NCBI GenBank assembly: GCA_965205015.1
Contig: OZ242029.1
Location: 1,664,001-1,728,000, forward strand
Direction of reading: 5' to 3'
Origin: Candidatus Poribacteria bacterium
GTDB lineage: Bacteria; Poribacteria; WGA-4E; WGA-3G
DNA: 64,000 bases
Shown: positions 59,644 to 64,000 of the stretch, one piece after another
Layout: each line of letters begins with the position of its first letter
Position numbering within the stretch: the stretch's first letter is position 1
Notes under the pieces: model-generated
Databases searched by the model: none
Told to the model about the DNA's origin: nothing
The model's input: the letters and a program-made list of their open reading frames with translations, nothing else
Made by a program: the position numbers and the translations under genes

Positions 59644-59737
59644 GTGATTTAGGGCTTCCTGTCTGATTAACGCCTCCTATTATAAGGTGTGATGGCGTAT
59701 AAAGCGGACAAAAGGGTAAAATATGCGAATTTTCATT
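59644..59737. repeat. 94-bp direct repeat, copy 2
   Basis: Matches 40301-40394. Confidence 0.9.
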
Positions 59738-59834
59738 TGCCTTTTCGCTGGTTGGTGTTGTATTATATGGAAGGACCTGGCAGGGTTTCTGCTGAAAGTT
59801 AAAGATACGAAATAAAAAAGAAAAAGGAAAGATA

Positions 59835-60827
59835 ATGCTCAGAAATTTATTCAAAGGTGGTGATAAAAGCCACGATGAATCCGATGCTATAGATAAGCAA
59901 GGGAACTGGTTTGATCGGCTCAAGTCCGGCTTGACGAAAACCCGGGACCAGTTCCTGTCCCAATTATCAGGACTCCTACGGGTTGGAAGAAGAATCGACG
60001 AGGATTTGATGGAAGAGATTGAGGAGATTTTAATCCAGTCAGATGTGGGGGTTGATACAACCCTGACCCTCATGGATAACGTTAGGGAGCGGGTGAAGTC
60101 AGAAGGCTTAAGCGATTCTTCAGAGCTGGCATCCGTCCTAAAATCGGAAATTCTCAATTTGCTTGGAACGGATGTACCGTTGCAAATTAAAGATGAGAAA
60201 CCGTATACGATTTTAGTGTTGGGTGTGAATGGTGCGGGGAAAACGACAACTATCGGCAAACTCGCCAGTCGCTTTATCGCCGACGGACACCGCGTGCTTG
60301 TTGCCGCGGGGGATACGTTCCGCGCAGCAGCGGAGGATCAGCTCGGTATTTGGTGTGAGCGTGCTGGAGCAGAACTCATCCGGGGCGGCGAAAATGCTGA
60401 ACCCGCCTCTGTCGTCTTCGATGCGATTCACGCCGCGAAGCATCGCGATGCCGATGTACTCATCGTAGACACTGCTGGTAGACTGCATACGAAAAAACCG
60501 CTGATGGATGAATTGTCGAAAATCGGACGTGTGATGGGACGGGCGCATACCGGTGCACCCCATGAAGTTCTGCTTGTCGTTGATGGGACGGTTGGTCAGA
60601 ATGCTCTCATGCAGGCGAAGATTTTTAATGAGGCGGTGCCGATTACAGGGGTCGTCGTTACAAAACTTGATGGTACTGCCAAAGGGGGTATCGTTATCGC
60701 CGTGAATGCGGAAATCGGCGCGCCTGTCAAACTCATCGGCATTGGTGAGAAGCTCGACGATTTGCGAGATTTCGCGGGTGCGGATTTCGTTGAGGCACTC
60801 TTTGCAGAGGAGACAGCAGACGCTTAA
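59835..60827 (+). CDS. ftsY: signal recognition particle receptor FtsY
   Basis: GVNGAGKTTTIGKLA, DTFRAAA, DTAGR, TKLDGTAKGG. Confidence 0.96.
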   Translation: MLRNLFKGGDKSHDESDAIDKQGNWFDRLKSGLTKTRDQFLSQLSGLLRVGRRIDEDLMEEIEEILIQSDVGVDTTLTLMDNVRERVKSEGLSDSSELASVLKSEILNLLGTDVPLQIKDEKPYTILVLGVNGAGKTTTIGKLASRFIADGHRVLVAAGDTFRAAAEDQLGIWCERAGAELIRGGENAEPASVVFDAIHAAKHRDADVLIVDTAGRLHTKKPLMDELSKIGRVMGRAHTGAPHEVLLVVDGTVGQNALMQAKIFNEAVPITGVVVTKLDGTAKGGIVIAVNAEIGAPVKLIGIGEKLDDLRDFAGADFVEALFAEETADA

Positions 60828-60887
60828 AGAAACGCCGAGGGCTATCGTCTACGTATGAGACGTTTTGAAACCTGACGTCTTACCTAT

Positions 60888-60916
60888 GGGATGCGCGCTT
60901 ACCTAACGCGCATCCC
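60888..60916. terminator. hairpin between convergent genes
   Basis: gggatgcgcg/cgcgcatccc. Confidence 0.6.
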
Positions 60917-60923
60917 TTTGTTC

Positions 60924-61538
60924 TTAGGAATCTGTTTCTCGCAGGTAAGGACGGAGGTGTTTGCGCAGGTTACGATGCGCGTGGAGCAGATGGGCTTTCA
61001 CTGTTCCATCGGAGCGTCCAACGGTAGCCGCAATATCTTTAAGCGATAGCCCGTCCCAGTGTCGTAAAATAAAGATTTGCCGCTGTTTTGGCGGGAGCCG
61101 ACGGACTGCTTTCCGAATGTGGGCTCTCAATTCCTTATTTTCGATGGCTTTTGCGGGTGATTCTGAGCGGGGATCCGGAATATTGGACATCGGCAGTTCG
61201 TCGGAGTCGTCGGAGTCGTACAGGAGGACTTCCGATCTTGCTTTTTTCCGTAGGAAATCGATACAGAGATTTACCGTGATTCGATAAAGCCAACTGTAAA
61301 ACTGACACTGACTCTTGAAGTCGCCTAATCCTTGGTATGCGCGTATAAAGGCATCTTGTGTCAGGTCCGATGCGTCTTCTGGGTTTGGGACGAAGCGTTG
61401 CACCAACCGGTAGGTGCGTTTTTGGTAGCGGGTAAAGAGCATATCAAATGCGGCGGTGTCGCCTTGTTGAAATCGCTCAATTAATTCAACATCCTCGTTA
61501 CATTCTGGAGGGATGCTTTCTGGGCTTTGGGACTGCAT
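60924..61538 (-). CDS. ECF RNA polymerase sigma factor (RpoE/SigW-like)
   Basis: DLTQDAFIRAY, FYSWLYRITVNLCIDFLRK, LPPKQRQIFILRHWDGLSLKDIA. Confidence 0.92.
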   Translation of the reverse strand: MQSQSPESIPPECNEDVELIERFQQGDTAAFDMLFTRYQKRTYRLVQRFVPNPEDASDLTQDAFIRAYQGLGDFKSQCQFYSWLYRITVNLCIDFLRKKARSEVLLYDSDDSDELPMSNIPDPRSESPAKAIENKELRAHIRKAVRRLPPKQRQIFILRHWDGLSLKDIAATVGRSDGTVKAHLLHAHRNLRKHLRPYLRETDS

Positions 61539-61676
61539 GTTCTCCTCTTAAGCATCATTGACCGGGAAAGCGGTTTCTGACTTTGTTAGGTTCTGGCAGC
61601 GAAGTTTGCTATACAAATGTCGCTAAACCCCATCATTGGCAGCCAGAAACGTAAGTGGTCATTGATAAAATGGAAG

Positions 61677-62555
61677 TCACTGATTCGTTTGTTTGTAGAC
61701 ACTGCGAAACCAACGTTTATATCTTTGGCTGTCTTGAACCATCTGTTGTAGAACGCCTAATTCCTCGTCTTCTTCGGCATGGGGGTTCGTCTCGAGCAAG
61801 GATAGCAATTCCTCATACACCAAGGAATCTTCATGGACGAGTGATGAGAGGAGCCTCTCGAAGTTCTCACCATGTCCGAGCATTGCCAACAATTGGTTCG
61901 TATGACGTATCTCCTCAGAAGCAGCTTGGTTCAAGTAGGCTGCAAGTTCATGTTCATTACGTTTTTCGGCGATTTGTGCGAGAATCAATCGCATCCCGAC
62001 AAGTTTGAGTTTTGCTTGTGCAAGTTCATCCAGATCCACTTCATACCGTTTTTGTAGGTGGTCGGCGTCCCGTGGATGTAACTGTGCATAACTGGGCCAC
62101 ACCGGCTTCGCCATCACCTGTTTCAACCGTTTGAGGCTTTCAATCAGGGTTTCCTGCTCTTGTGGGGATAATTGTCCAAAGGTACTCTCCCAAAAGTTTG
62201 TCTCGTGTACGACGCGCTCTCGGAAAAGTTGTTCGGACTGTGGCGTGAGTCTAATCCGCGCACGTCTCCGATCCTGATCACATTTACGACGGACGACCCA
62301 ACCGTGCCGTTCAAGGCGACTGACTAAGGCGGATGTTGTATTATGTGCAAGCCCCAGGTGCTCGCCGAGTTCACTCACTGACATACCCGCCTCACGCCCA
62401 TACCAATGAAGATGTTGGAGGGCGTTAAATTGGACAATCGTCAGGCGATTGGGAACGACTTCCTGAATAAACCTGGATTTGACAGCCGCTTGCGCATGAC
62501 GCATCACACGTATCACGACATCAATTTCATTATGGAATTCCTGGTCTTTAGACAT
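61677..62555 (-). CDS. MarR-family regulator fused to a ferritin/rubrerythrin-like domain
   Basis: VSELGEHLGLAHNTTSALVSRLE...DRRRARIRLT, C-terminal AASEEIRH. Start at MSKDQ. Confidence 0.8.
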   Translation of the reverse strand: MSKDQEFHNEIDVVIRVMRHAQAAVKSRFIQEVVPNRLTIVQFNALQHLHWYGREAGMSVSELGEHLGLAHNTTSALVSRLERHGWVVRRKCDQDRRRARIRLTPQSEQLFRERVVHETNFWESTFGQLSPQEQETLIESLKRLKQVMAKPVWPSYAQLHPRDADHLQKRYEVDLDELAQAKLKLVGMRLILAQIAEKRNEHELAAYLNQAASEEIRHTNQLLAMLGHGENFERLLSSLVHEDSLVYEELLSLLETNPHAEEDEELGVLQQMVQDSQRYKRWFRSVYKQTNQ

Positions 62556-62651
62556 TTTTTGGCGATACTTGCAAGCCAAACTTACTGTTGAGTGAAAGTC
62601 GGCGGTGTAGGGTGTTGCTTTCAAACCCCCTGCTAAATCACAAAGAGTTAT

Positions 62652-62692
62652 TATATCCTATATCGGATATATTTTCCGTCGTATACGATATA
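62652..62692. promoter_or_regulatory. putative MarR operator palindromes
   Basis: tatatcc-N6-ggatata and tcgtatacga upstream of the MarR gene. Confidence 0.5.
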
Positions 62693-62820
62693 ATATAATT
62701 ATACACCGACTTTCTCCAGATGTCAAATTAAACTGAAAAAAATAGTAATTTTCGGTTTTTTTTCGTGCAAACTCGGTGTTTGGCTAAAATTATCTGCATT
62801 TTTTACGAAATCGGCGGTTT

Positions 62821-64000
62821 TTAGTTGCTGCCGACGAGGCGTTGTGCCTTCATTTTTCGTTTTCGTTTCGCTTTCGACTTAGGTTTCGGTGAATTGGTTT
62901 GAATGTGTTGCGTGTCCTGGTTGTTTTCGCTCGACGGATCCACTTGAAGTGTCTGTTGCTGCTGTGCCACATACTCGGCATAGTTACCATCGAAAAGCTC
63001 CGCGGTCCCTCCCGGTTTACCGTCGAAAATTAACAGTTTTGTTGCGAGGTTGTTTAGCAAGTATCGGTCGTGAGAAATAATAAAAAGCGTTGCCGGGTAT
63101 TCCGCCAGTGCTGCTTCCAACGCTTCACGCGCCGGAATGTCGAGATGGTTCGTCGGTTCATCAAGGAGTAAGACATTCGCGTTCGCTAATAACAACTTCG
63201 CGAGTAGCACACGGCTCTGCTCCCCGCCGCTTAGGTTTCCAATCCTATTGAACACATCATCACCGAAAAATAGAAACTTGCTCAGGAAACTGCGTATTTC
63301 GCCTTGTGTATGCTTCGGTCGCAGTGCCCAGATTTCGTCGATAATCTCGTTGTTCAGGTTGAGTCCTTCCAATTCTTGGGCGTAGTACCCAAACTTGAGC
63401 GTCGGACCTACCCACATTTCGCCTTCGGTTGGGGCTTCGTCGCCTAAAATCATCCGGAAAAACGTTGTTTTTCCGGTGCCGTTCGCCCCAATAATTCCGA
63501 TAACATCGCGACGGTATACCTCAAAATTCAAATCCGTGAAAATGACCTTGTCGCCGAATGCTTTGCCAACGTTTTGGCATCGGAGGATGTCATTTCCCCC
63601 ACGGGTTTCCGGCGTGAAACTCAGGTTGAGAGTGGGTGCATCGGATTTCGGCTTTTCGACTCTTTCCAAGCGGTTCAGTTTTTTCTGTCTCCCTTGTGCC
63701 TCTCGTGTGCGTTGCCCCGCAATATTGCGGCGAATAAAGTCCTCTTCGTGTTCAATGAACGCCTGTTGTTTTTTGAATGCGCGTTCCGCGACTAATTGTT
63801 CAACCCTTTTCGTTTCGATGTACTTGGCGTAGTTTCCTCGATAGATTTTTATCTGATGCGCTTCGAGTTCCCACACCTTTCGGACGACCTTATCTAAGAA
63901 ATACCGGTCGTGAGACACAACAAGGACTGCGCCGCTATATTCGATGTTGAGGTAGTTTTCAAGCCACTGAATCCCGTTGATGTCAAGATGATTCGTGGGT
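62821..64000 (-). CDS. ABC-F family ATPase (5' part outside the window)
   Basis: PTNHLD, VVSHDRYFL, GANGTGKT, LSGGE, LLDEPTNHLD, no transmembrane domain. Confidence 0.92.
   Translation of the reverse strand, partial: PTNHLDINGIQWLENYLNIEYSGAVLVVSHDRYFLDKVVRKVWELEAHQIKIYRGNYAKYIETKRVEQLVAERAFKKQQAFIEHEEDFIRRNIAGQRTREAQGRQKKLNRLERVEKPKSDAPTLNLSFTPETRGGNDILRCQNVGKAFGDKVIFTDLNFEVYRRDVIGIIGANGTGKTTFFRMILGDEAPTEGEMWVGPTLKFGYYAQELEGLNLNNEIIDEIWALRPKHTQGEIRSFLSKFLFFGDDVFNRIGNLSGGEQSRVLLAKLLLANANVLLLDEPTNHLDIPAREALEAALAEYPATLFIISHDRYLLNNLATKLLIFDGKPGGTAELFDGNYAEYVAQQQQTLQVDPSSENNQDTQHIQTNSPKPKSKAKRKRKMKAQRLVGSN

Noticed and set aside
59501-60259. 252-aa minus-strand ORF and other long antisense ORFs
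   Set aside because: Shadows of ftsY and other well-supported genes

Overview
Window from a bacterial genome, most likely Candidatus Poribacteria, inferred from three secreted proteins ending in a [AS]V[EQ]xxxKLxTxWGxLK motif and from heptamer-repeat elements. The flanks are largely housekeeping: aldehyde dehydrogenase 3' end, EF-G paralogue, DUF423, pbpC plus alpha-2-macroglobulin, a heme-motif porin plus cytochrome P460-like lipoprotein on the left; ftsY, an ECF sigma factor, a MarR-ferritin-like fusion and an ABC-F ATPase on the right. Between about 17.2 and 59.7 kb lies an accessory island built from two copies of one supra-operon. A plus-strand block (two small sigma-like proteins, a large protein of tandem sigma-region-4 units, membrane-hairpin proteins, a dynamin-like GTPase) converges on a minus-strand operon (C39/papain-like peptidase, IniA-like and IniC-like dynamin pair, Hsp70 nucleotide-binding domain fused to WD40 or ankyrin repeats). 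The island also carries about eight divergent membrane-hairpin proteins, a recurrent TTTTGTCCG-N18-CTTA promoter-like motif, and a tandem duplication of a PcfJ-like gene followed by a tmRNA with an atypical tag region. No integrase, CRISPR array, rRNA or tRNA gene was seen. All calls come from reading motifs by eye; no database search was run.
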